Positions 1-9,977 of a stretch of 46,817 nucleotides of DNA are shown here, in pieces (position 1 is the first letter of the stretch; the number at the start of each line of letters is the position of its first letter). A model generated the notes under the pieces. It saw only the letters and a program-made list of their open reading frames with translations. It was not told the origin of the DNA and ran no database searches. Source of the stretch: Actinomycetota bacterium (GTDB taxonomy: Bacteria; Actinomycetota; Actinomycetes; Nanopelagicales; Nanopelagicaceae); assembly GCA_009699795.1 (NCBI GenBank), contig WLNK01000001.1, positions 1-46,817 of the forward strand, read 5' to 3'. The position numbers and the translations under genes were made by a program.

Positions 1-153
1 ATCACTCATTAACAAATGTTGTGCATCAGTATTAATTGCAATGAACTCAACGCCTTTTAATCCGACATCAATCATTCGATTGATTGCGTTAACTCCACCG
101 CCACCAATACCTACAACTTTGATAACAGCTAAATAGTTCTGTGGTGCAGCCAC
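1..153 (-). CDS. ftsZ: Cell division protein FtsZ, N-terminal 51 codons (runs off left edge)
   Basis: Manual translation from GTG at 153: [51 protein letters not shown]; AAAGGAGG RBS upstream; follows ftsQ. Not in the ORF track. Confidence 0.97.
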   Translation of the reverse strand, partial: MAAPQNYLAVIKVVGIGGGGVNAINRMIDVGLKGVEFIAINTDAQHLLMSD

Positions 154-176
154 GAGAATCCTCCTTTAGAACTGTA

Positions 177-194
177 AACCTCAACTTGAGTGTT
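177..194 (-). promoter_or_regulatory. Imperfect palindrome upstream of ftsZ, FtsR-type operator candidate
   Basis: Minus strand AACACTCAAGTTGAGGTT; resembles the corynebacterial FtsR site upstream of ftsZ (as recalled, AACCCTAAAGTAAAGGTT). Confidence 0.5.
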
Positions 195-325
195 ACATTT
201 CTAGCTTTTCTAATTGCGTCAAAGTAAAGCGTTGCACGAGTGAATACAAAGACCGACGCGAACTATTTAGATAAAAATATTTCGTGATTTTTTACAAATC
301 AAAAGTGAGGTTTTCTAAAATATAA

Positions 326-1012
326 CTACCGAACAATCGGCGCATGTGGTGCCGAAACATCGATTGATCTGACCTTCGCATTTTCAGGAAGAGCTAGCAG
401 AGCTTCGACAACGTCGACCTTGAGGGCTGCATTGCCACCGTCTCCCCATGAAATGGCGATGGGGCGAGATTTATAGCGATAGGAAATTGAAAATGCACCT
501 GTACTTCGCACACTCATGAGAGAGATATTGCTACGAAATGTTTGCGGAAGTGCCGTAAATAAAGCAATCGCTTCAACTCCGCTCTTGGCAGAATTTGCTT
601 CGACCTTCGGCAATGAATTCGAGGTACCGCCTGGAAGCCTAAAAACATTGCCATCTGCATCGATGGAAGTCTCTGGCGAAGTTGCCGGGTTAAAAAGTGC
701 AATCGGAGTCCTGGGTGAAATCTCAATACTAACTTTACGGTTTAGCCAATTTCGCGAGATATTTACTGATTCAATCCATGTAAAAGATTCAAGTCGCCTG
801 CTGAGCGATCTCGTCTCAACTCGCGCCATCTTGATACCTGGCTTGATTGAAAGAGAGTCGGTGATCGCTTTCGTGCTTTGCGCAGTCGGTGCGCCGGTAA
901 TGGAAACTTCTTTGACTACAAAAATGTCAGACCAACCGAATAAATACGTTGCTCCCAAAAAGATGAGGGCGATGCCCGCTATGACAACGATGCGGGTGCT
1001 GCGAATCTGCAC
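326..1012 (-). CDS. ftsQ: Cell division protein FtsQ/DivIB
   Basis: N-terminal TM helix, POTRA-like segment (VKEVSITG...WIESVNISR), C-terminal IDVSAPHAP; between murC and ftsZ. Confidence 0.9.
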   Translation of the reverse strand: MQIRSTRIVVIAGIALIFLGATYLFGWSDIFVVKEVSITGAPTAQSTKAITDSLSIKPGIKMARVETRSLSRRLESFTWIESVNISRNWLNRKVSIEISPRTPIALFNPATSPETSIDADGNVFRLPGGTSNSLPKVEANSAKSGVEAIALFTALPQTFRSNISLMSVRSTGAFSISYRYKSRPIAISWGDGGNAALKVDVVEALLALPENAKVRSIDVSAPHAPIVR

Positions 1013-1016
1013 TTAC

Positions 1017-2417
1017 TTACTCGCTAAATCTTCTTGCAAGACCTTCGGTGATTATTGGTGCAAGTGAATTCACATCTCCAGCGCCAAGTGTCACGATCAC
1101 ATCGCCGGGCTTGGCGCTATCAATCATCCAATCAGAGGCCTCGATGAAGTTCGGAATGAATTCTCCGTGCTTCATTTGATCTGCAATCAGACTTGCACTT
1201 ATTCCCGGAATCTCTTTCTCGCTAGCGGCATAGATCTCAAGCAGAACTGCGTGATCTGCAATATCGAGAGCGTGAGCAAAGTCGTTTAAAAATGCTTGAG
1301 TTCGCGAATATCTGTGAGGTTGGAAGATTACAAGAACTCTTCCATCGCCAGCAAAGTGCTTTGCTGCGGTAAGAGTTACTTTAATTTCAGTGGGGTGATG
1401 TCCATAATCATCTACAACACGGATGCCGTGCACTGTGCCTTTTAATTCAAAACGCCTTCCTGCACCTCTAAATGAGGCGAGCCCAGAAAGTAAATCTGAA
1501 GCCTGCGCACCCAGACTTAAGCCCATCGCCAAACAAGCAGCTGCATTTAATAAATTATGGTGACCCGGAACTGCAAGAGTGAGAGTGCCAATGGAGCGGC
1601 CCTTCCATAACACTCTGGCACTTGCGCCCATAGGTAGAAGTGAAATTTGATCTATACGCAGATCAACTCCATCGCTTACGCCATATGAAATTACAGTGGG
1701 TCCCTTTGCTAAATTCGAGGTTGATTGCCCGAGAGCCAGAGAGCCTTTGTCATCTGCGCAATAAATGAGAAATCCGTCCGGATTAATTGTTTGGGCAAAC
1801 TCAGTAAATGCATCAGTAACGGCTTGCGGGGTATGGAAAAAATCTACGTGGTCGTGTTCGACATTTGTCACGATTGCAGCGAAAGGTTTGTACTCAGTAA
1901 ATGACCCATCGGACTCGTCAGCTTCAGCAACGAATAAATCGCCAGTTCCTTTATGCGCATTTGAACCTGAGGATGTAAGCGTTCCGCCTATTGCAAAAGA
2001 GGGATCTAAACCACAGGCCTGAAGTGCAACTGTGAGCATTGATGAAGTTGTAGTTTTTCCGTGCGTTCCGGCAACAGCAATGCTCTTTGAGGAAGACATG
2101 AGGGTTGCTAGAGCCTGCGCGCGTGTCAGAATTTCAAGGTTTAACTCTTTCGCGCGAGAAATTTCTGGATTCGTTCCGATGATTGCCGATGAAAAAACAA
2201 CGACGTCCGAGCCATCGACGTGTGAGGCGCTATGGCCAACATTTACCGTTGCTCCGAGCGCTCGAAGTCCTGTGACAACTGAAGAATCTTTAGCATCAGA
2301 ACCCGAAACGGAAATTCCGTGCGATAGAGCAATACGTGCAAGTCCACTCATCCCCGCGCCACCAATTCCAACAAAGTGGATTCGCTTATTAGTCCAATGT
2401 GCGATGTCGCGGTTCAT
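1017..2417 (-). CDS. murC: UDP-N-acetylmuramate--L-alanine ligase
   Basis: HFVGIGGAGMSG, GTHGKTTT, EADESD, DDYGHHPTE, FQPHRYSRT motifs. Confidence 0.98.
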   Translation of the reverse strand: MNRDIAHWTNKRIHFVGIGGAGMSGLARIALSHGISVSGSDAKDSSVVTGLRALGATVNVGHSASHVDGSDVVVFSSAIIGTNPEISRAKELNLEILTRAQALATLMSSSKSIAVAGTHGKTTTSSMLTVALQACGLDPSFAIGGTLTSSGSNAHKGTGDLFVAEADESDGSFTEYKPFAAIVTNVEHDHVDFFHTPQAVTDAFTEFAQTINPDGFLIYCADDKGSLALGQSTSNLAKGPTVISYGVSDGVDLRIDQISLLPMGASARVLWKGRSIGTLTLAVPGHHNLLNAAACLAMGLSLGAQASDLLSGLASFRGAGRRFELKGTVHGIRVVDDYGHHPTEIKVTLTAAKHFAGDGRVLVIFQPHRYSRTQAFLNDFAHALDIADHAVLLEIYAASEKEIPGISASLIADQMKHGEFIPNFIEASDWMIDSAKPGDVIVTLGAGDVNSLAPIITEGLARRFSE

Positions 2418-3496
2418 AAGTCGGCACCCCCGATTGCGTTCTGCATCAGGGCTGTAATTTTCATAGCCGCGTCAAGATCGGAATCAGAACCTACGCCTGA
2501 TTGCCCTTGGCTTTTGGCAAGCAATCGATCAATATTTGCACTCAACCATGACGATGAGAATGATTTCTGCGAAATGATTTCGGCACGCCCAGACTCAACG
2601 AGTGCGCGTGCATTAATTTCCTGCTCACCGTTTCCAATAGGTAGCGGAATGAAAAGTGCGTAGCGTCCGAGCGCTGCAACTTCGGAACAGGTCACAGCTC
2701 CACTTCGCGAAATCACCAGATCTGCTGCTAGGTAAGCACTTGCCATGTCTGAAATATATGCGGTGGGTTTATATAGAGAAGTACTTTCGGTGAGCGCGTT
2801 TCGATCTCCAACGCCATGCAAGACTTGAATCTTCTTTGATGCAAAAAGGTCAAGTGAATCCGAAATAGTTTTATTCAGAGATACCGAGCCTTGAGAGCCA
2901 CCAACGACTAATACGACTGGTAGCGCGTCATCAAAACCAATTTTCTTCTTCGCGCTTTTTCGAGCTTCTTTCCAGTTTTGACTCGACGAGATGAGCGCGC
3001 TTGCAACATCACTTCGAAGTGGAAGCCCAGTAATGAGAGCTTCTGAAAATGCACCGCTCTCAACTGGCTGGGCAACTGCAAGGTTATTGGTGAAGAGAGA
3101 ACCAAACTTATTTGCAATTCCAGGTTTGGCATTTGCTTCGTGAATGACAATCGGTACTTGAAGACTTCTTGCTGCAATGTAAGCCGGCCCTGATACATAT
3201 CCTCCGAAACCAACAAGCAAATCTGAACCCTTGATCACCTGGCGACATTGCGAGAAGGCAGCGATAAAGGAAATTGGGGCTTTGAAAAGAGTGATTGAAA
3301 TTTTTCGTGGGATCCGAACTCTTGTGATTAAAGAAAGTTTGTAACCGGCTGCAGGAATTAACTTTTCTTCTAAACCACCTCTTGTGCCCAGGAAAACAAT
3401 CTCGGAATCTGGATGTATGCCACGCCATGCTCTTGCCGTTGCTAGGGCCGGCTCAACGTGTCCTGCGGTTCCACCGCCAGCTAAAACAATTTTCAT
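2414..3496 (-). CDS. murG: Lipid II GlcNAc transferase MurG
   Basis: GGGTAGHVEP, GFGGYVS, HEAN, GGSQG, RSGA motifs. Confidence 0.98.
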   Translation of the reverse strand: MKIVLAGGGTAGHVEPALATARAWRGIHPDSEIVFLGTRGGLEEKLIPAAGYKLSLITRVRIPRKISITLFKAPISFIAAFSQCRQVIKGSDLLVGFGGYVSGPAYIAARSLQVPIVIHEANAKPGIANKFGSLFTNNLAVAQPVESGAFSEALITGLPLRSDVASALISSSQNWKEARKSAKKKIGFDDALPVVLVVGGSQGSVSLNKTISDSLDLFASKKIQVLHGVGDRNALTESTSLYKPTAYISDMASAYLAADLVISRSGAVTCSEVAALGRYALFIPLPIGNGEQEINARALVESGRAEIISQKSFSSSWLSANIDRLLAKSQGQSGVGSDSDLDAAMKITALMQNAIGGADL

Positions 3497-4668
3497 TGGG
3501 AGTGCAATCTACGTTTGTGAACTGCGCTTCTCACATCTCTTAGGACTTCTGGATCTCGAAGCGCCGTGCCCAAAACAAATCCAATTCCTAAAAATGTGGC
3601 GATGAGGGCCGAACCGCCATAAGAAAGAAGGGGAAGAGTTACGCCCACCACGGGGAGCAAACTTGTTGCTGATCCAATATTGAGAAGTGTTTGGATCGCT
3701 ATCCAAGAACCCATTCCAGCACATGCAAATCTAGAAAAGGGATCACTCGCACGCAAGGAAATCTTAAAGATTGAGAGCAAGAGAGCGCCTATGAGAATTA
3801 AAACGGCGAGCGTTCCGACAAGGCCAAGTTCTTCACCAATGACAGAGAAAATAAAATCGGTATGCGCTTCTGCCAAATTTCCCCACTTTTGTCTTGAGCC
3901 ACCAAGTCCAACTCCAAAGAGCCCGCCACTTGCCAAGCCAAGAAGGCTATGTGCAGGTTGCCAGCCTGCATTTTTGTAGTCACCTTCAGCAAAAGGATTA
4001 AGTACAACTAAGAATCGTTGTGCGCGGTATCCAGCTGTTGCAATGAAAAAAGCGAATATGAGGGCGCAACAGGCCGTAAACCAGCCAAGAAGTTTGAGTT
4101 CAACTCCAGAGACAAAAAGTAGGCCTGCCAAAATTGCTGCGATAACACAGGTTGTTCCTAAATCTTTACCCGCCATGATTAGCAACATAACTAGTGCAAA
4201 TCCAGGAGCAATGAGGAAAAATACATTTGTGCGTTCCGTACCTTGATCTAGCTTCCTTGCTAGCAATAGCGATGCCCACAGAATCATCAGAAACTTAACT
4301 AGCTCACTGGGCTGAACATCAATAATTCCTAGCGAGATCCAGTTTGTGTTTCCATTAACGTTTTTGCCAATCCCCGGAATTCGAAGACAGAGAAGAAGCG
4401 CTGCCGATATGAGTAAACCAATGCGAGCAATTTTTTTAATTCCAAAGAGTGGAACACGAGCAACAAATATAGCGGCCGGAATAGAGATTAAGAGAAATAA
4501 CCCTTGGCGGGCAACAATTGCAAGAGAAGAGCCATTTGTCTCAATGGAATGAATGGATGAAGCGGAGAAAACCATAATGAGCCCAAGTATCGAAAGAGAA
4601 ATCGAAGTGATACATAGAATGTAAAACGAGTTAACGGGTTTTGCCAAGAATGAATTGTTCTTAGCCAT
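3493..4668 (-). CDS. ftsW: SEDS-family peptidoglycan polymerase FtsW
   Basis: Multi-TM; QPSEL, AHTDFIF, GVTLPLLSYGGS motifs; dcw position. Confidence 0.97.
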   Translation of the reverse strand: MAKNNSFLAKPVNSFYILCITSISLSILGLIMVFSASSIHSIETNGSSLAIVARQGLFLLISIPAAIFVARVPLFGIKKIARIGLLISAALLLCLRIPGIGKNVNGNTNWISLGIIDVQPSELVKFLMILWASLLLARKLDQGTERTNVFFLIAPGFALVMLLIMAGKDLGTTCVIAAILAGLLFVSGVELKLLGWFTACCALIFAFFIATAGYRAQRFLVVLNPFAEGDYKNAGWQPAHSLLGLASGGLFGVGLGGSRQKWGNLAEAHTDFIFSVIGEELGLVGTLAVLILIGALLLSIFKISLRASDPFSRFACAGMGSWIAIQTLLNIGSATSLLPVVGVTLPLLSYGGSALIATFLGIGFVLGTALRDPEVLRDVRSAVHKRRLHSQ

Positions 4669-6037
4669 TACTCACCAACTTTTTAACAGCTGCAGTAAAT
4701 CTATCTCCGCGATCGGCATAAGAAGTGAATTGATCCATTGAGGCGCATGCCGGTGCCAAAAGTACGGTATCTCCACTCAAAGCATGTGCTTTTGCGGATT
4801 TCACAACTTCTTCCATTAACTCGTTTCCTGGGGAGTTCTTTTCATAGCCTTTGGGCGTATCGATTTCAATAATCTTCACATGTGGAGCGCGCTTTACCAA
4901 TTCACTTTTAATGAGATCACGATCTTGCCCAATGAGTATTGCAACTTTTAGGCGAGCTTTTGCTCGCTCAATTAATTGATCCATTTTTGCGCCCTTTGCA
5001 AGGCCGCCAGCAATCCAAATCACTGATAGTCCAGAGATAATTGAGGCTGCTGCAGCATGTGGATTGGTTGCCTTGGAATCATCAATCCACGAGATACCCT
5101 CATTCTCGTGAATCTTTTCAATTCTGTGTCGACCTAGCGTGAATTTCTGAAGTGCAGCACGAATACTTTCATGTTTTGCGCCAGAGGATAGTGCGAGAGC
5201 AGATGCAGCCAGGGCATTGGAAACATTATGAGGAACAGTCGGAGTTACATCAATGACTTCAGCAATCATTGAAGCTTCCTGCGGATTTGAAACAAAGGCG
5301 CGGTCAATCATTAGCTCTTCGACAATCCCAACTTCGCCAGGTCCTGGAGTATCGAGGGAAAAATAAACTTTGCGGCCAGTGAACCCTTGCGTTCTGTTGA
5401 AAACTTCAATGTCTTGGGCATTAAGAATTCCAACCTTTGAACGCTCAAGCAATGAGACTTTCACTTGGGCGTATTCGTCAAAGCTTTCATGCCAATCGAC
5501 ATGATCATCTGCAATGTTCAAAATTGCGACTGATTCAAATTGAGCATCTCGCAACCAATGAATCTGAAACGATGAAAGTTCAAGTACGAGCACATCATAA
5601 GATTCGGAGCCGTCAACGCACTCAATAACCGTTTGGCCAACATTTCCGCAAGCAACTGCGCGTATTCCAGATTCGCGCAACATCGCAGCAGTCATTTCGA
5701 CGGTCGTGGTTTTTCCATTTGTTCCGGTAAGTGCAATCCATTTTTGGTTAGCGCTCTTAAGGCTCCATGCAAGATCTACTTCGTTAATTAAAGGAACTTT
5801 TGCGCGTAAAGCGCTTTGAATTAAAGGATGAGATTGCTTCCAACCTGGAGAAACGAGGATGAAATCCCATTGACTTGCCTCATAACTATCGGGTTTTGCG
5901 ATCGGAAAATCTTCAACTCTGAGAACTACATCGTCAGCAAAAGAAATACTCGCACCGCGCTTTCGAAGGGCACGTGATGCCGCAAGTCCCGTTACGCCTG
6001 CGCCCAGGACCAAAACTTTCTTATCTTTATATGGCAC
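4661..6037 (-). CDS. murD: UDP-MurNAc-L-Ala--D-glutamate ligase
   Basis: TGTNGKTTT, LELSSFQ, DDSKATN, LLAPACASMDQF motifs. Confidence 0.98.
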   Translation of the reverse strand: MPYKDKKVLVLGAGVTGLAASRALRKRGASISFADDVVLRVEDFPIAKPDSYEASQWDFILVSPGWKQSHPLIQSALRAKVPLINEVDLAWSLKSANQKWIALTGTNGKTTTVEMTAAMLRESGIRAVACGNVGQTVIECVDGSESYDVLVLELSSFQIHWLRDAQFESVAILNIADDHVDWHESFDEYAQVKVSLLERSKVGILNAQDIEVFNRTQGFTGRKVYFSLDTPGPGEVGIVEELMIDRAFVSNPQEASMIAEVIDVTPTVPHNVSNALAASALALSSGAKHESIRAALQKFTLGRHRIEKIHENEGISWIDDSKATNPHAAAASIISGLSVIWIAGGLAKGAKMDQLIERAKARLKVAILIGQDRDLIKSELVKRAPHVKIIEIDTPKGYEKNSPGNELMEEVVKSAKAHALSGDTVLLAPACASMDQFTSYADRGDRFTAAVKKLVSNG

Positions 6038-7096
6038 TTAACTTGCTACCCATTGCGCATAAAAGAGACCAAGGCCAGCAGCAACACTTAGTCCGGCGAT
6101 GATCCAGAAGCGCAACACAATTGTCACTTCTCCCCAACCCTTAAGTTCGAAGTGGTGTTGAAGTGGTGCCATTCTGAAAAATCTTTTGCCACCGGTAGCT
6201 TTGAAGTAAAGAATCTGAATAATTACCGATGCGCTAATGATTACAAAAAGTCCGCCTAGCGGAATGAGAAGAAGTTCGATTCGAAGAGAGGTTGCGATAC
6301 CTGCAAGGGCTCCCCCGAGTGCAAGGGAACCTGTATCGCCCATAAATATTTTTGCAGGTGAAGCATTCCACCATAGGAATCCTGTACAAGCCCCGGCCAT
6401 TGCCGCCGCGAATACTGCAAGATCGAGTGGATCTCGCACCACGTAACAATTTCCGCCAGCGGTGATTGCACAACTCTGTCCGAATTCCCAAACTCCGATG
6501 AGGATAAAGGCAATGAAAGTCATAACGCTTGCGCCGGTTGCAAGTCCATCAAGACCATCAGTTAAATTCACACCGTTGCTTGTTGCAGTAACCATAAATG
6601 CCACCCAGATAACAACGAGAACGACACCGAGAGTGATACTTGTATCGCGCACGGTGGAAAGTTGTAACGAAATGGGAGTCAACCCATCTCCATCTGGAAA
6701 TCGTGTACCGAGATACCCAAAAATTGCCGCGAAAATAATTTGTCCAAGAAGTTTTTGTTTCGCATTTAATCCAAGCGACTGCTGACGTGAGACTTTTAGC
6801 CAGTCATCGGCAAATCCCACTAGCCCTAGTGAAATCATGAGACCCATTACAAGCATTACGGAAACAGAAATAGTATTTCCACTAATTAAGTGGGCGATGA
6901 AATAAGAAGTGATAGCCGCGAAAATAATAATGAGCCCACCCATTGTTGGTGTTCCACGTTTGGTGTGATGCGAAGATGGGCCATCGTCTCGAATTATTTG
7001 ACCATAGCCACGCTTGGCTAAAGATCTAATGAGTGTTGGTGTACCAAAGAGAGCAAAGATTAGAGCAAGGCCACCTGCGATAAGAATTTCTCTCAT
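6038..7096 (-). CDS. mraY: Phospho-N-acetylmuramoyl-pentapeptide transferase
   Basis: [34 protein letters not shown] motifs. Confidence 0.98.
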   Translation of the reverse strand: MREILIAGGLALIFALFGTPTLIRSLAKRGYGQIIRDDGPSSHHTKRGTPTMGGLIIIFAAITSYFIAHLISGNTISVSVMLVMGLMISLGLVGFADDWLKVSRQQSLGLNAKQKLLGQIIFAAIFGYLGTRFPDGDGLTPISLQLSTVRDTSITLGVVLVVIWVAFMVTATSNGVNLTDGLDGLATGASVMTFIAFILIGVWEFGQSCAITAGGNCYVVRDPLDLAVFAAAMAGACTGFLWWNASPAKIFMGDTGSLALGGALAGIATSLRIELLLIPLGGLFVIISASVIIQILYFKATGGKRFFRMAPLQHHFELKGWGEVTIVLRFWIIAGLSVAAGLGLFYAQWVAS

Positions 7097-8487
7097 GTGG
7101 CTCTTCCTCTCGTCAAAATAGTCTCTGCCAATTCTTCCAAATGTTCTGAGCGAGATGCCTTAACTAAAATGACATCCCCCGCAGAGATTTCAGAGAGTAG
7201 TTTTTCTGCCTCACTCTTATCAGTGCACATATGCACACTCATGTGTGACTTCGTAGAATTGCTTTCTCCGTTCTTTGCGCCAGTTAGTGTGGCTGCATAT
7301 TCCGGTGCTGCAATACATACGAGGTGATCAACGCCTAGCTCCTGTGCAAGGGTGCCAATTCGCGCATGCTCTGAAGCTGATGACTCGCCGAGTTCATGCA
7401 TTTTTCCTAAGAATGCCCAAGCCTGACCCCCGCGCTCCTGCGCAAAGAGAATGAGTGTGCGAAGCGCAGCTTCCATAGATTCAGGGCTTGCGTTATAGGC
7501 ATCGTTGATGAGTACGCGTGATTGGAATTCATGAACCTGCATTCTCCATTTGCTTTGTACAGTTGCAGTGGAAAGTGACCCTGCAATGTAATCAACGCTA
7601 AATCCAAGTGCGCTGCCCACTGCTGCTGCAGCTAGCGCATTAGATGTTTGATGAATTCCAACAATTCGCAATCCGACTGAAGCTCGTCCGTCAGGCGTTA
7701 CCAAATCAAAGTGAGGGCGCCCTTCTCGCATTTCCAAATCTGCCGCACGAATTTCATCTCCACTATTTTGGCCGAAAATAATTGTTCGTCCCTTATGCAA
7801 CTTTGACATGGCTGGAGTAAAGGAATCGTAATCTCCAAGAATTGCAATCGCATCGTCTGCAATATTCGAAACCATTTCAGACTTTGCTTTTGCGACAGCT
7901 TCTGCGGACCCAAATTCGCCAATGTGCGCGCTGCCTACTTTGAGTACAACGCCAATATCAGGGGTTACAACCTCACAGAGCGCTGCAATGTCACCAATAT
8001 GCCTAGCTCCCATTTCGATAATGCAGTACTTCGTCTCTGGGGTGCATTGCAAAAGGGTCAGTGGCGCACCAAGCTCATTGTTGAAATTTCCTTCCGGAGA
8101 AACAGTTCTGCCTTTCCCCGATAAAAGCTCAGTTAATAAATCCTTTGTAGTTGTTTTGCCTTGCGATCCCGTAATTGCAACAACTACTAGATCGGGGAGA
8201 TTTGAACGCAAGTGTTTTGCCAGAGTTGCTAAAGCTTTCATTACATCCGGAACAAGAATATGTGCCTCTGGAACTGATTTGGAAACTAGGGCCAATTGCG
8301 CGCCATGGCTAAAAGCATCGCTAACAAAGTCATGGCCGTCGCGCTCTTCTCCGATGAGCGCTAGAAAAAGAGAACCTTTACTTGCATCTTTTGAGTTAAA
8401 GACTGGGCGTTTATCAATCACAACATCCGACCCGTTGAGTTTTCCGCCAACGATTTCTGCAATTTGTGATGCTTTAAGAGGAATCAT
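7093..8487 (-). CDS. murF: UDP-MurNAc-tripeptide--D-Ala-D-Ala ligase
   Basis: [38 protein letters not shown] motifs. Confidence 0.98.
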   Translation of the reverse strand: MIPLKASQIAEIVGGKLNGSDVVIDKRPVFNSKDASKGSLFLALIGEERDGHDFVSDAFSHGAQLALVSKSVPEAHILVPDVMKALATLAKHLRSNLPDLVVVAITGSQGKTTTKDLLTELLSGKGRTVSPEGNFNNELGAPLTLLQCTPETKYCIIEMGARHIGDIAALCEVVTPDIGVVLKVGSAHIGEFGSAEAVAKAKSEMVSNIADDAIAILGDYDSFTPAMSKLHKGRTIIFGQNSGDEIRAADLEMREGRPHFDLVTPDGRASVGLRIVGIHQTSNALAAAAVGSALGFSVDYIAGSLSTATVQSKWRMQVHEFQSRVLINDAYNASPESMEAALRTLILFAQERGGQAWAFLGKMHELGESSASEHARIGTLAQELGVDHLVCIAAPEYAATLTGAKNGESNSTKSHMSVHMCTDKSEAEKLLSEISAGDVILVKASRSEHLEELAETILTRGRAT

Positions 8488-9977
8488 TTCTTGACCTCTA
8501 TTGCATCTGCCAAAATTAATTTATCATCGAAAGGAGAGATGACTCCGGCAATTTCTTGTCCGCTTTCGTGTCCCTTACCAAGAATTAAAACACAGTCACC
8601 ATTACTGGCTAAAGAAACTGCGTAACTAATCGCTTCTGCACGATTGGGAATAACTCTTGAAGGGCTAGTTATTTTTTGTGATCCAATCATTTCTTTCAAA
8701 ATATCTTCCGGATTTTCATCTCGAGGATTATCGCTAGTAAATATGGCCACATCGCAATTCTTGAGTAAGGCCTCCCCCATGAGAGGGCGTTTGCTTGCAT
8801 CGCGATTCCCGCCGCATCCGAGTACTGCAATGACTTTTCCGGTTGTGAATTCCTTCGATGTGCGCAAAACATTTGATACTGCATCGGGGGTGTGTGCATA
8901 ATCAACAAAAGCTCCAAAATCTTGCCCGAGGTTTACAGCATCGAGTCGTCCCTCTGCGCCATTGAGTTTTGGAACTATGGCTGCAATTTCAACTGGATCG
9001 ATACCGGCTTCATGGGCCATAGCAATTGCCATTAAGAGATTATCTAGGTTGTATCCGCCACGAAGGGATGTTGTCGCTTCAATTAAAATTCCACCAGTGC
9101 CTCTGATTTGAATCGCTACACCGGAATTTTCGTTGAAATAATCTACATAGTGCCACTGCGCGTTTTTCTTTGATCTTGAGAGTGTGACTATTGGAATCTC
9201 AGAGGAAATTGCAAGTTTTTCACCATATGGATCATCAACATTAATGAATCCAAGATCGGCGAATTCAAAAGTGAAGAGCTTTGATTTTGCTGCAAAGTAC
9301 TCCTGCATGCCACCATGAAAATCAAGATGGTCTTGAGTTAAATTAGTAAAACCTACATATGAAAAATGCGAACCCTTTATACGTTGCATAGAAATTGCAT
9401 GACTTGAAACCTCCATCACAAAGTGGCGCATATGTCGTTCTTTCATTACCGCGGCAAGGGCTTGTACTTGTGTTGCCTCAGGAGTGGTTCGCTCACTCTT
9501 AAATCTTTCGCTACCAATACGAGTTTCAACTGTTCCGACAAGTCCAGAATCGCGTCCAGCCATTTGAAACATTTGATGCAAAAGCGTTGTAACTGTTGTT
9601 TTACCATTTGTTCCAGTGATTCCGATTGAATGTAAATCGCGCATAGGTTCGCGATATAAAGCGCAAGAAATAAGAGCTGCTGCTTCGCGGGGATTCTTTA
9701 CAACTAGGGTAGGCAGGTCAGTAAAAATTTTTGCACCTGCTTCATCTGTCACAAATGCGATTGCACCTCGTTCTTTGGCTGTCGAGGCATAGCGAGCTCC
9801 ATGGGTTTTCAATCCTGGAATACCTATAAATACATCGCCATTTTCAATATCCGAATCGCTCTGCGTGACTCCTGAAATTTCAATTTGTAAGAGTGCAGAC
9901 TCTTCCAGCGTGGAGTTTGCGCCAAGGAGCCGAGAAATATCTGCGAGTGTGAGTGAAAACTTTTCAATCGGTCTCAT
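8484..9977 (-). CDS. murE: UDP-MurNAc-dipeptide--diaminopimelate ligase
   Basis: GTNGKTT, MEVSSH, DYAHTPD, DNPR (meso-DAP-type signature), GKGHE. Confidence 0.97.
   Translation of the reverse strand: MRPIEKFSLTLADISRLLGANSTLEESALLQIEISGVTQSDSDIENGDVFIGIPGLKTHGARYASTAKERGAIAFVTDEAGAKIFTDLPTLVVKNPREAAALISCALYREPMRDLHSIGITGTNGKTTVTTLLHQMFQMAGRDSGLVGTVETRIGSERFKSERTTPEATQVQALAAVMKERHMRHFVMEVSSHAISMQRIKGSHFSYVGFTNLTQDHLDFHGGMQEYFAAKSKLFTFEFADLGFINVDDPYGEKLAISSEIPIVTLSRSKKNAQWHYVDYFNENSGVAIQIRGTGGILIEATTSLRGGYNLDNLLMAIAMAHEAGIDPVEIAAIVPKLNGAEGRLDAVNLGQDFGAFVDYAHTPDAVSNVLRTSKEFTTGKVIAVLGCGGNRDASKRPLMGEALLKNCDVAIFTSDNPRDENPEDILKEMIGSQKITSPSRVIPNRAEAISYAVSLASNGDCVLILGKGHESGQEIAGVISPFDDKLILADAIEVKK

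Noticed and set aside
516-1067. 183-aa plus-strand ORF, and similar antisense ORFs (7922-8494, 12402-12830, 23136-23627, 33820-34305)
   Set aside because: Shadow frames of well-supported genes with no recognisable motifs or start signals.
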